A stretch of 64,000 nt of DNA, from IMG/VR virus record IMGVR_UViG_3300042934_000563; one strand, given 5' to 3'. The position numbers and the translations under genes are program-made. Below are positions 1-8,629 of this stretch, one piece after another (positions within the stretch are counted from its first letter, which is position 1; each line of letters begins with the position of its first letter). The notes beneath the pieces were generated by a model. The model was not told the origin of the DNA, made no database searches, and worked only from the letters and a program-made list of their open reading frames with translations. This DNA comes from a virus (taxonomy: Duplodnaviria; Heunggongvirae; Uroviricota; Caudoviricetes).

Positions 1-352
1 GATTAAAGGTCAGGTCAATGTATTCAAAACCTTCGCCGGAGCGGTACTTGATAGTTGTCGCTTTGCCGGACCAGCGGTGTCCGGGGGTCTCCACGATGAC
101 GTGAACATCCTCTACCTCTTTGATCTCCTTGAGGAGCCAGTCGCGTTCTTTGTGGGAGCCGAGGAGGGTGAGGCTGCCCTCTCCGGTGTCGTTGAGTTTG
201 GTCTCGAACTTGGGGTCATGCTCGCCCCACAACACGCGGGCGTTCTGGTGGTTTTTGTCGAGTAGGTAGACGATGGGTCGGGCTCGCTGTGCGCGCGCTT
301 GCGCTTCGACGCGTTGCGCGAGGATCCGGCGAACCTCTGCGGTAGTTGCCAT
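1..352 (-). CDS. minor tail protein, partial (5' end at 352, 3' end beyond window start)
   Basis: The minus-strand frame from ATG at 352-350 stays open to base 1 (MATTAEVRRILAQRVEAQ...GEGFEYIDLTFN) and starts immediately after the stop of the gene upstream in the same operon. Its position downstream of the tape measure and distal tail gene supports a tail role. Confidence 0.45.
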   Translation of the reverse strand, partial: MATTAEVRRILAQRVEAQARAQRARPIVYLLDKNHQNARVLWGEHDPKFETKLNDTGEGSLTLLGSHKERDWLLKEIKEVEDVHVIVETPGHRWSGKATTIKYRSGEGFEYIDLTFN

Positions 353-1312
353 TTACTTTCGACCTCCACCGAAGGGGCGGTCCCATCGCTGCGTCATGAA
401 CGCGGAGACGCTGGAGGCGGTGGTGCCGCCGACGACTTTCACGGGGACCTGTGTCGGGGGTGTGTGCGCGGGGATCGAGTACAGGAAGTCTTCGGCGCGC
501 ATTTTGGCCCACTGGAGGCTGCCGTCCATGACGGTCAGCGTCTCGTGGAGCGGGTAGGTGTCGACTAGGAACTCTTGGCCTACGCCGAGGGCGGGGAGGG
601 TGTGGGTGACGTTCTGCCCTGCCTTGGGGTGCCCGACGGGGTAGCGCATGACGCTGTCCGGGAGGGTCCACGTTTGTGTGCTGGTGAGGGTGTTACTTGC
701 AAATTGCACCCAGCACTCTTGGTCGGCGTCGTTCTGGAGGATGAGGTTGCCGAGGCCGGTGCCGTCGGTGTTGGTCCAGGTGCTTACCAGCGTCGTCGAG
801 TACCACCAGGGGTCACATGCGACTGCGGTGATGGCCCAAACCATGTGCTTGGTGACCGACGGGTCGTAGGTGATGGTGTCGGAGGGCTTACGGTCCAGGC
901 GGATTTTGATCTCTCGCCAGCTGGTGCGGTCTGCCGTGTAGTAGCGGAGGTAGCAGTCGTGTTTGAAGCCGAGTACCTCCCACAGGAGGGAGTCGATGGT
1001 CTCCCACAGTTCGGGGGTGTCGCCCTTAGTTGCTAGTCGGAAGTCGAGGAGTCGTTCGTCGACGCGCGGGAAGTCGGACGGCGTCGAACCCTCCTGGTAT
1101 GCCCACGACTCACGTACGGGGGTGCGGGGTGCGTGCATGAATCCGGTGAAGCCGGACAGTAGGCAGATGCCTTGTCCGCCCATCTCCGGACCACAGATGT
1201 CGAGGACGATGAGGTCTACGTCGTTGGCGTCTCGGAGGATGAGTTGCATGACGCGTCCGGGGTGAAAAAGGCTCTGGACCATTGGTTTAGTTGTCCCCTC
1301 GGTAGCGGCCAT
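353..1312 (-). CDS. minor tail protein, likely distal tail protein (Dit-like) by position
   Basis: 319-aa ORF immediately downstream of the tape measure gene and overlapping its 3' end. Beta-rich composition with no enzymatic motifs. Position-based call. Confidence 0.45.
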   Translation of the reverse strand: MAATEGTTKPMVQSLFHPGRVMQLILRDANDVDLIVLDICGPEMGGQGICLLSGFTGFMHAPRTPVRESWAYQEGSTPSDFPRVDERLLDFRLATKGDTPELWETIDSLLWEVLGFKHDCYLRYYTADRTSWREIKIRLDRKPSDTITYDPSVTKHMVWAITAVACDPWWYSTTLVSTWTNTDGTGLGNLILQNDADQECWVQFASNTLTSTQTWTLPDSVMRYPVGHPKAGQNVTHTLPALGVGQEFLVDTYPLHETLTVMDGSLQWAKMRAEDFLYSIPAHTPPTQVPVKVVGGTTASSVSAFMTQRWDRPFGGGRK

Positions 1313-4300
1313 TGCTCGGGGTCATGCCCGAGGCAAGGGCGCGGTTTTGCTCTTCGATCACTTTCTGGGGGTCCATACCGTTGAAGATCATGGTGTCGGC
1401 GATCTTGTTGGGGTCGGTAATGGTGGTGGTGCCGGTGTTAGCGGCTGCGAGGCGGTCGGACTCCGCCTTGACAGCGGTCTCTACGGCCTTGTCGATCTCT
1501 TTGCCGATGATGGCGTCGAGGCCGAGGGGGCTGGTGAGTTCTCCGGTGATTTCCTTGAACGCGTCGACAGCCCAGTCGCGGCCCGAGTCCTGGAAGGATT
1601 TGGCGTTGTCCGCGAGGTACTTGTTGCCGCCCTCCCAGTTCAGGCCCTGTTTCAGGACATCCCACTGCCCAGCGGAGAACACGGGCTCGGGCTTGCCGCT
1701 GGAGTTGGTGACGATCTGAGTACCGGGCTTGAGCCAGCCGCCACTGTCGTAGCCGTGACCTTGGCCGATGTTGTTGAGGAGGTTGCCGCCGAACTTGCGT
1801 TCGCCGTAGCGCACCATCGCGTTGATCATGGCCCACGGGTCACGACGGTTATCGGGTAGCGCGGGGTCACGGTATGCGGCCCACGTGCCTGGAATCATCT
1901 GTCCGAGGCCGACGCCAGCGCTTTCACCTGTGCCGTTTACGTCCGTGATCTGCTGTGCGATGTTTGGGTCGCCGCCAGACTCCGTGTGGATCTGTCGGAC
2001 CCACGCGTCGATCTTCTCCGGGGTGCCCTCGTAGCCCTGGTTTTTGTAGGCGTCGATGACCATCTGCCGCCACTGCTCAGCGCCAGCTCCGGGAGCCCAG
2101 TTGGAGTTACCGCCCTGACTGCTGCCGCCCGGATCCTTGCCCTTGATGAACGATTCAGCTGCATCGTTGATCTTGTCGAACAGTCTCAGGGGGATCTCAC
2201 CGAACAACCCTCCGCCGAGGTCCGTTGTCTTTTCGACGACGGCGCGGACAGGTTTCATCACATTTTTGTAGGCCCACGATGCACTGCCACGGACAGCACC
2301 CATAACGGAGTCCCAGAACCCTCCACCGCTACCGTCGGAACCGACGCCGCCCGCTTCGATGCCTGCCACGCCGTTCGCGTTGAACAGGGAGTGAATGTGG
2401 TCGAAGTGGTTCTGTGTGACGCTGCCACGGTCTTCCATCATGTTGCCGCCGCCACCAGCTGGCTTGTAGAACTGCTTCCAGATGGTGTAGTTCAGCGCCA
2501 GAGCATCCTTCTGCTCGTGGAGCCAGTCGTTGACCTGTGTACCGACAGGGTCGCCGGTCATGGTGTCCAGCGCGAGGCCCGACGGGTGGTCGGGGTACGC
2601 GTCTTGTGCGCGGTAGCCACCAATCGTGCCGATCTCGGGCCAGTATTTGTGGATGTTGCGGCGCGCGAGGATCGCTGCGGGTTGCAGGTTGCTTTCGCCG
2701 CCGCCACCGGCCCACGGGGCTGCTCCGGTATCGACCGGGCCACCGCGTGCGTAGCGCGGCATGTCGGGGTTGCGGTTCAGTAGGGCCTGTACGCCGCTCA
2801 CGCCGCCGTTGCGGGCTGCTGCGTTGACTTTGTTGACGTAGCCGACGCCAACGGCCCGTGTGAACTCGGGGCGCATGATGGCCTCACCACCGCCGACGGC
2901 GATGATGCGGTCGTCACGTCCGGGGCTGTAGCCGGACTCCACGCCGCCTTTTTTACGGTCGGGGACACCACCCGTAGCGAAGCCGTCGAGGCTCATTTCG
3001 GTTAGCTTGCGGTCGTCCATACCGATCAGGCCAGCAATGCCGTTCCACGCCTTGACGATGCCGTTGTTGTAGACCTTGTCGATGACGAACCGGATCGGGG
3101 CCTTGACGATGTCCTGGATTTTGCCCCACAGGTCGCCGATGGTGGTGACCATCGAGTCGAACCAGTTTTTGACTCCGGTGAGTCCATCTTTCAGCGCGTC
3201 GAACGCCTTGCGGATGACGTTCTCCCAGATCCAGGCGATACCAGCGCCGAGGGCATCCCACACGGGCTTGATGCCGTTCTCCCAGATCCACTTGAAGAAG
3301 TCACCAACGGCCTGGAGTGCAACCTTGAGGGCATCCCACGCCGGTCGGATGATGTTCTCCCACACCCAAGCGATGCCAGCGCCGAGCGCGTCCCACGCGG
3401 GCTTGAGGATGGTGTCCCACACCCAGCCGAAGAACTCGCCGACCTTCTGGAAGGCCCACATGATGGCATCGAACACGGGGCGGATGACGTTCTCCCACAC
3501 CCACGCGATACCAGCCGACAGGGCATCCCACGCCAACTTGATGACTGTCGTCCAGACTGCCCAGAAAAACTCACCGAGGAATTTGAAAACTTCCATGATG
3601 ACGTTGAAAACCGGCTGGATGACGTTCTGCCAATACAGCTGGATTCCGAGCGAGATAGCATCCCACGCCGGTTTCAGGAGGTTCTCCCACACCCAACCGA
3701 AGAATGCACCGACAGCCTGGAAAGCGGCCATCATGCCGTTGAAGATCGGCTTGAGGACCTTCTCCCAGACGAACGATGCCGCCGTCTTGATGGCCTCCCA
3801 CACCGCCTGGATGATGTTGCGGAAAGTTTCGGAGTGCTTGTACGCCAACACAATTGCGGCCACAAGGGCGATGATTGCGATGACGATGAGGACGATGGGG
3901 TTGAGTGCCATGACAGCGTTGAAGGCTGCCTGAATTATGGTCCAGGCTTTCATCACGGCTTGGATTGCGCGTGCGAATCCGTAGAACAGGTTCAGAGCAA
4001 TCGCGTTGGCGTTGATGGCGATCAACAGGATGCCGAGGACGCCTGCCAGCGTCAGGAATACGTCCTTGTTGCTGGTGACGAAGTTCAGCATGTCCGAGAA
4101 TCCCGAGATGATGGGATGCAGGGCGTCGGCGATGACGATGAGGATCGGGGCCAGTAGTTCGACCATGGTGGTCACCAAGCTCGCCAGCGGCTCCAGGAGC
4201 GGGGCGACGGCGACCAGGAGTGCGCTAGCTGCCTCTGCCAGCGCGGGGAGCGACGGCGCGAGGATGGTGAGTGCGTTCGCCAGCGCTTCGATGACGACCT

Positions 4301-6830
4301 GGAATCCGGGGCTCAGTGCGGTCACCATCTGCGAGATGACGGTGCCGAGGAGCGGGAGGACCGGGCCGAGGGCGGTGCCGATGGTCTGGATGACGGGGAC
4401 CAGGGCATCGAATCCGGGCTGGAGGTTGCGGATGCCAGCACCCAAGTTGACGACTAGGTCGGTAACTGTCGGGGCGATGTCGCGGGCCAGGTTTGCCAGC
4501 ATCGGGAAAACGTCGCCGCCGACGATGAGGGCGACCTCTTTGAGGATCGGGGCGATGGCTGTCATGGCGGTAGCACCAGCGGTAAAGAACTCTTTCAGCG
4601 CTGCGTTGCCCTCGGTGCTCTTGAGGAACGCGTCCAGCTCGGACGTGATCTTCTCGATGGTGTTGAGGAATCCGCCCCCGGTTTCCTGCCCAGCGGAGAA
4701 AATACTGCCGAGGCTGCCGCCGATGTCGCCGAGGATCCGCCCGAACTGCTTCGATACGTCGACGCCGTTCTGGATGAGGTTGCGGATGTTGTCGAGATTC
4801 TTCGACCAGTTCTCTAGGGCTTGCGCGCCACTGGTGAACCACTGCGCGAAACTGGAGACACCGTTACCGCTGCTAAGGAACTCCGAGCCTGCCGTGGAGA
4901 GGTTCTTGAATACGCCAGCGAGGGCGAAGATTCCGGGCTGGAGTTCAGCGACCATCAAGCGGACACGCTCGAATACCAGCGCGAACTTTTCGACGGCGTC
5001 CGGTGCGGCGAACGCGGAGATGACGCTCCGGGCTACGCCGTTCAGCTCGGTAGCGATGCCGGTCAGGCCGGTTTTCATAGTTGGCAAGTTGACCAGGGCA
5101 AGGTTCTTGACATCGCTGTCTAGATTCTTGAACAGGTTTTCCTGGACTGCCTTGCGGAGGTCGGTCCACACGGGCCCGAGGGACTGCATCGCCAGGACGA
5201 AGCTCTGCGCCGACGGGGCCAGTTTGTCCATGGCCTCCTGGAATTTGTCGACGCCGCCGCTCTGCGCTGCCTCCTGGACAGCTGCGATGGCTTCGGCCAG
5301 GCGCTCTTGTGCCTTGACTACCTCAGCGTTGGCCTTGACGACATCTTTCTGTGCGTCGACTTCGGCCTCCGCCGCGTCGGCGACAGCGCGTTTCGCGGCG
5401 ACGACGTTGTCCGCGCCTTCGATGCCTTTAGCGCTTGCGTCCTTGTAGGACAGCGCGAGGTCGACGTTGGACTCGCGGACCTCGTCGAGGTTCTGTTTCG
5501 CTTCGCGGAGCGCGAGGTCTGCCTCTTTGTAGTCGAGTGCCGTCGAACCCTTCGGCATGTTGCGGAGGCGTTCCTCTGCGCGCTCCACGCGGAGGACTGC
5601 GCCCTCCTCGGACAGTGCCGCTCCACGGATCTGGAGGTCGAGGTCTTCGAGCTTCTCGCGGGCATCTTCGACGGCGCGGGATAGGTCTTCGCGGGCGTCG
5701 GCGTGTGCGATGGTTGCGCGCTCAGCGTTGCGGTCCGCGCGGGCGACGCCTTCGATGGCGTTGGCTACACCCTCTTCGGCTGCCGTGACCTGTTTCTGTG
5801 CGGCTGCTACGGCTTTCGCTACCTGCCCAGCGTTCTCACCCTGGGATTTCATGGCGCTAAATGCGCCGGAGATGCCGTTAGCGCCGATCATGATGGCAGC
5901 TAGTGGCATCGCCAGCGCGTTCATGGCTGCCGGTAGCGCGAGGAGTACGCCGCCCATCTGGCTCAGTACGCCTAGGAGTGCGGTGAGTCCTGCCAGCGCT
6001 GCCTGTCCAGCGAGTGCGGCCATGGCGACAGCGGACAGCATGGCGATGCCCTTGAGCATCACCATAATTCCCATCAGGGACTGTTTGAGGACCTTGGTGG
6101 CGTTGTCGCTTAGAAACGTGGTGAGCTTGAATTTCTTCTCGCCACCGTTACCTCCGCCACCACCTCCGCCACCGCCCCCTCCGCCTCCGCCGCCGTTGTT
6201 GTTCGTGGTGGTGGAGTTGTTGTTGACCGTGTTAGACGTGTTGTTGTAGGTGTTCGTGTTGTTTGTGGTGTTCAGCGTCCGGTTGTAGTTCGTGACGTTG
6301 TTGTTGGTGACGCTGTTGTTGGTGACGCTGTTTCGGTTGTTGGTGATGTGCCGGTTGATGACGTTGTTGGTGATGGTGGTGCGTGCGCCACCGCCTACGC
6401 CGTTACCGCCGTTGCCACCGGATCCGCCGCTACCGCCGCCGTTGGTGCCGCCGCGTCCGCCGTTGGTGCCGGGTCCGTTGCTGGTGGAGCTGCCGTTACC
6501 GGCTCCGGGGGAGGTGCCGTTGCGTAGCTGGTCGCGCATGGCGCGGTTGTACGACTCGCCGTAGCGTTTACCTGCCTTGGCTCCGGCTAGGGCTGCTGCG
6601 CGGTCGGAGCGGTCCCAGATGTCTTCGATGGCCTTGCCGGGGCGGGTGGACTCCAGGCCAGCTTTGAATCCGCGTCCGTAGCGTGCGCCTGCCTCACGGC
6701 CAGCGGCCAGGGACGCCTTGTTGGCATCGTCCCAGCCTTCTTTTACAGCCCTTTTGATGTCCCGTTTGACGTTGTCGGTGAGGACTTTGATACGGACGTA
6801 GGCGGACCCTACTTGTGCTGTTTCTGCCAT
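1287..6830 (-). CDS. tape measure protein with a C-terminal lytic-transglycosylase-like segment and a central Zn-peptidase-like motif
   Basis: 1847-aa protein directly after the frameshifted tail assembly chaperone genes. Long Gly/Asn/Thr low-complexity tract with G15 run, hydrophobic central helices and repeated W-x-x-[IL]-x-P-[AV]-[WF]-D-A- units. Contains HTESGG...AGVGLGQMIPGTW (SLT-like) and DHPSGLALD...NHFDHIH (HxxxxxxD / HxH, LAS peptidase-like). Confidence 0.9.
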   Translation of the reverse strand: MAETAQVGSAYVRIKVLTDNVKRDIKRAVKEGWDDANKASLAAGREAGARYGRGFKAGLESTRPGKAIEDIWDRSDRAAALAGAKAGKRYGESYNRAMRDQLRNGTSPGAGNGSSTSNGPGTNGGRGGTNGGGSGGSGGNGGNGVGGGARTTITNNVINRHITNNRNSVTNNSVTNNNVTNYNRTLNTTNNTNTYNNTSNTVNNNSTTTNNNGGGGGGGGGGGGGGGNGGEKKFKLTTFLSDNATKVLKQSLMGIMVMLKGIAMLSAVAMAALAGQAALAGLTALLGVLSQMGGVLLALPAAMNALAMPLAAIMIGANGISGAFSAMKSQGENAGQVAKAVAAAQKQVTAAEEGVANAIEGVARADRNAERATIAHADAREDLSRAVEDAREKLEDLDLQIRGAALSEEGAVLRVERAEERLRNMPKGSTALDYKEADLALREAKQNLDEVRESNVDLALSYKDASAKGIEGADNVVAAKRAVADAAEAEVDAQKDVVKANAEVVKAQERLAEAIAAVQEAAQSGGVDKFQEAMDKLAPSAQSFVLAMQSLGPVWTDLRKAVQENLFKNLDSDVKNLALVNLPTMKTGLTGIATELNGVARSVISAFAAPDAVEKFALVFERVRLMVAELQPGIFALAGVFKNLSTAGSEFLSSGNGVSSFAQWFTSGAQALENWSKNLDNIRNLIQNGVDVSKQFGRILGDIGGSLGSIFSAGQETGGGFLNTIEKITSELDAFLKSTEGNAALKEFFTAGATAMTAIAPILKEVALIVGGDVFPMLANLARDIAPTVTDLVVNLGAGIRNLQPGFDALVPVIQTIGTALGPVLPLLGTVISQMVTALSPGFQVVIEALANALTILAPSLPALAEAASALLVAVAPLLEPLASLVTTMVELLAPILIVIADALHPIISGFSDMLNFVTSNKDVFLTLAGVLGILLIAINANAIALNLFYGFARAIQAVMKAWTIIQAAFNAVMALNPIVLIVIAIIALVAAIVLAYKHSETFRNIIQAVWEAIKTAASFVWEKVLKPIFNGMMAAFQAVGAFFGWVWENLLKPAWDAISLGIQLYWQNVIQPVFNVIMEVFKFLGEFFWAVWTTVIKLAWDALSAGIAWVWENVIRPVFDAIMWAFQKVGEFFGWVWDTILKPAWDALGAGIAWVWENIIRPAWDALKVALQAVGDFFKWIWENGIKPVWDALGAGIAWIWENVIRKAFDALKDGLTGVKNWFDSMVTTIGDLWGKIQDIVKAPIRFVIDKVYNNGIVKAWNGIAGLIGMDDRKLTEMSLDGFATGGVPDRKKGGVESGYSPGRDDRIIAVGGGEAIMRPEFTRAVGVGYVNKVNAAARNGGVSGVQALLNRNPDMPRYARGGPVDTGAAPWAGGGGESNLQPAAILARRNIHKYWPEIGTIGGYRAQDAYPDHPSGLALDTMTGDPVGTQVNDWLHEQKDALALNYTIWKQFYKPAGGGGNMMEDRGSVTQNHFDHIHSLFNANGVAGIEAGGVGSDGSGGGFWDSVMGAVRGSASWAYKNVMKPVRAVVEKTTDLGGGLFGEIPLRLFDKINDAAESFIKGKDPGGSSQGGNSNWAPGAGAEQWRQMVIDAYKNQGYEGTPEKIDAWVRQIHTESGGDPNIAQQITDVNGTGESAGVGLGQMIPGTWAAYRDPALPDNRRDPWAMINAMVRYGERKFGGNLLNNIGQGHGYDSGGWLKPGTQIVTNSSGKPEPVFSAGQWDVLKQGLNWEGGNKYLADNAKSFQDSGRDWAVDAFKEITGELTSPLGLDAIIGKEIDKAVETAVKAESDRLAAANTGTTTITDPNKIADTMIFNGMDPQKVIEEQNRALASGMTPSNGRYRGDN

Positions 6831-6847
6831 GTCCGCCTACTTCCGTA

Positions 6848-7246
6848 TCATCCGAGAGGCATCTCTCGGATTCCTGCCACGCCTTCCACGACGCTGCCTG
6901 GACTGGGGGTGGTGGTTAGGACTGCACCCTCACCAGTTCCGAAGGGTCGAGTTGCTGCCTCCTGTCTGCGAAGGTCCTCAGCTTGGGCCTCCTCATCGGA
7001 GAGACAGAGTTCGTTCATGCTGTTCTGGAACGACTCCTTGGCTTCTCGTTCCTCCTTGGTCTCGGTTACTGAACGGAGCGCGTAAGCGGCTCCGAGGGCA
7101 AAGAGTTGGTGTCCGTCAAAGTCCCGGATGTCGGTTCCGTGGTGGAGGAGACTGTCCCCGTAGATCCAGAGCCAGCGGGACTCGATGAAGTCTCCGAGGG
7201 CTCGGCTGGCTCGGTAGGGTTTCCGGTGTACTGCTCCACCAGCCAC
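6848..7246 (-). CDS. tail assembly chaperone frameshift extension (GT-like C-terminal part; full product about 6848..7551 via -1 frameshift)
   Basis: Open in the -1 frame relative to 7066..7551 and ends 18 nt before the tape measure start. This is the classic G/GT arrangement. No canonical XXXYYYZ slippery heptamer found by eye; CCGGAAACCC and ACGGGGACA are candidate sites. Confidence 0.55.
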   Translation of the reverse strand: MAGGAVHRKPYRASRALGDFIESRWLWIYGDSLLHHGTDIRDFDGHQLFALGAAYALRSVTETKEEREAKESFQNSMNELCLSDEEAQAEDLRRQEAATRPFGTGEGAVLTTTPSPGSVVEGVAGIREMPLG

Positions 7247-7551
7247 TGCACGATCTCGGTGAGGATGGGGAGGGCGATGGGCGGTTCCGCGTTCTCCAGG
7301 AAGTCCATGCCAGCGGCGCGGTCCTCGGTGAGGAACGAATCGGAGAGGAATCCGATGATGGCGTCGGCGGTGCTTTCCTCCCCTTCACGCTGCGCGCCGT
7401 CGAGGGCGTTCATGATGCGGAGGATGCGGACGCCGGACATAGCGCCGCGCACCTTGAAAGTGGAGCCGTAGATGGTGAGGTCCATCGACGGGACACCCTG
7501 GGGGATGCCTGCGCCGAATACCTTGGCCTTGCGGACGTTGCTGGTGCTCAT
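7066..7551 (-). CDS. tail assembly chaperone (G-like, upstream frame)
   Basis: 161-aa acidic ORF immediately upstream of the tape measure gene. It overlaps ORF 6848..7246 for about 180 nt in a frame consistent with a -1 shift. Confidence 0.65.
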   Translation of the reverse strand: MSTSNVRKAKVFGAGIPQGVPSMDLTIYGSTFKVRGAMSGVRILRIMNALDGAQREGEESTADAIIGFLSDSFLTEDRAAGMDFLENAEPPIALPILTEIVQWLVEQYTGNPTEPAEPSETSSSPAGSGSTGTVSSTTEPTSGTLTDTNSLPSEPLTRSVQ

Positions 7552-7977
7552 TTAGATAACCTCTCCGAGGAAATTGGTCAGGTACCGATTGGGTGACGTA
7601 CCGGGGTGCCAAACTGAATGTCGGTATACGACAGCCCCTTTCGGGGCTCCGGGCCGACGATCCGGGAACCGCAACATTTTTGCGTTGCGGGGGAATATGG
7701 GATGGGCCTTGGTGCCCATGTGGTGGAAGTAGCCGTAGCCGATCTCATCGCCGCCAGGGTTAGCGCCGACGCGTGCCTCCAGGTCTCCGCCGTGGTCGAG
7801 GAAAAACGCACTGTCGATTGATGCGACCAGCGCGCCCGTATCGAACCCACAGTTAGCCATTGCCAGCACTTCCAAAGTGCGGCAACGGCGTTGGAGGTCT
7901 CGCCCGACGGGGCCGGTGAGGGACTGAAACACTTCCCGATAACCGGCCTCGTCGAATGCGAACACGTAGTCACTCAT
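7552..7977 (-). CDS. hypothetical virion protein (tail terminator or major tail candidate by position)
   Basis: 141-aa ORF in the structural operon just upstream of the chaperones, overlapping its neighbours by start/stop. Confidence 0.4.
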   Translation of the reverse strand: MSDYVFAFDEAGYREVFQSLTGPVGRDLQRRCRTLEVLAMANCGFDTGALVASIDSAFFLDHGGDLEARVGANPGGDEIGYGYFHHMGTKAHPIFPRNAKMLRFPDRRPGAPKGAVVYRHSVWHPGTSPNRYLTNFLGEVI

Positions 7978-8486
7978 GGCAAGCCAATCGTCAGAGTGCC
8001 TACGGTCACGTTCATCTCACCGGACGGGGCCGGGAAGTTGATGGTGCAAGAGACGTTGCCGAAGTTGTAGAGGTTCGACGACGACGTAAGGCGCTGCACT
8101 GCACCCCGGATGACTGCGGAGTCACCAGAGGGCATATCCATAGCCGCCGACAAGAGCGGGCCAGCGACGACACCGTCGCGGCTGCTCGCCAGCGTGGGAG
8201 CGCACCGAACCAGCTCCAGCGAGAAAACGACGGACCACGCGGGCTGACAGTCCTGTGCGCCGGGTAGCCCCATGCCAGTTGCAGTGTCGACACGACCAGT
8301 CATCAGACGGATAGCAACTACCGCCACCTGTTCGCAGTCGTGGACAGCCTGCCCAACGGTCACATACCGCTTAGCGGGGAGCGTGACAGAGAGGTCCAGG
8401 GCCTCCAGCTCCAACTCCGCAAGGATCCTCTCAGCGAGTGCCTTGATGCGGGATTCTTCGGGGGCCAGATCCAACGGAGTGGACAT
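7974..8486 (-). CDS. hypothetical virion protein (head-tail or tail component)
   Basis: 170-aa ORF in the structural operon between the plus-strand island and the chaperones. Confidence 0.4.
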   Translation of the reverse strand: MSTPLDLAPEESRIKALAERILAELELEALDLSVTLPAKRYVTVGQAVHDCEQVAVVAIRLMTGRVDTATGMGLPGAQDCQPAWSVVFSLELVRCAPTLASSRDGVVAGPLLSAAMDMPSGDSAVIRGAVQRLTSSSNLYNFGNVSCTINFPAPSGEMNVTVGTLTIGLP

Positions 8487-8629
8487 ATTGGGGTGTTACT
8501 CCTGCGCTACCGGAAAATCTACGGTCATGGACTCGTCTGGGTGTTCTTTCTCCGGTGACAGTACCAGTTCACCGGACATTTTACGGTTAGGACCCGGTAC
8601 GCTCACGGACAACTAACAAATAGTGAAGG

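Noticed and set aside
112-369. ORF-track minus ORF 112..369 and plus ORF 77..265 at the window start
   Set aside because: They are low-complexity translations. The in-frame continuation of the structural operon (start 352, open to base 1) has protein-like composition and is preferred.
1986-5448. Long plus-strand ORFs (1986..2783, 3076..3933, 4006..5448 and others) lying antisense inside the tape measure gene
   Set aside because: Their translations are Arg/Pro/Ser/Ala-rich low-complexity strings typical of spurious antisense frames in high-GC DNA. The minus-strand tape measure frame is continuous with recognisable motifs.
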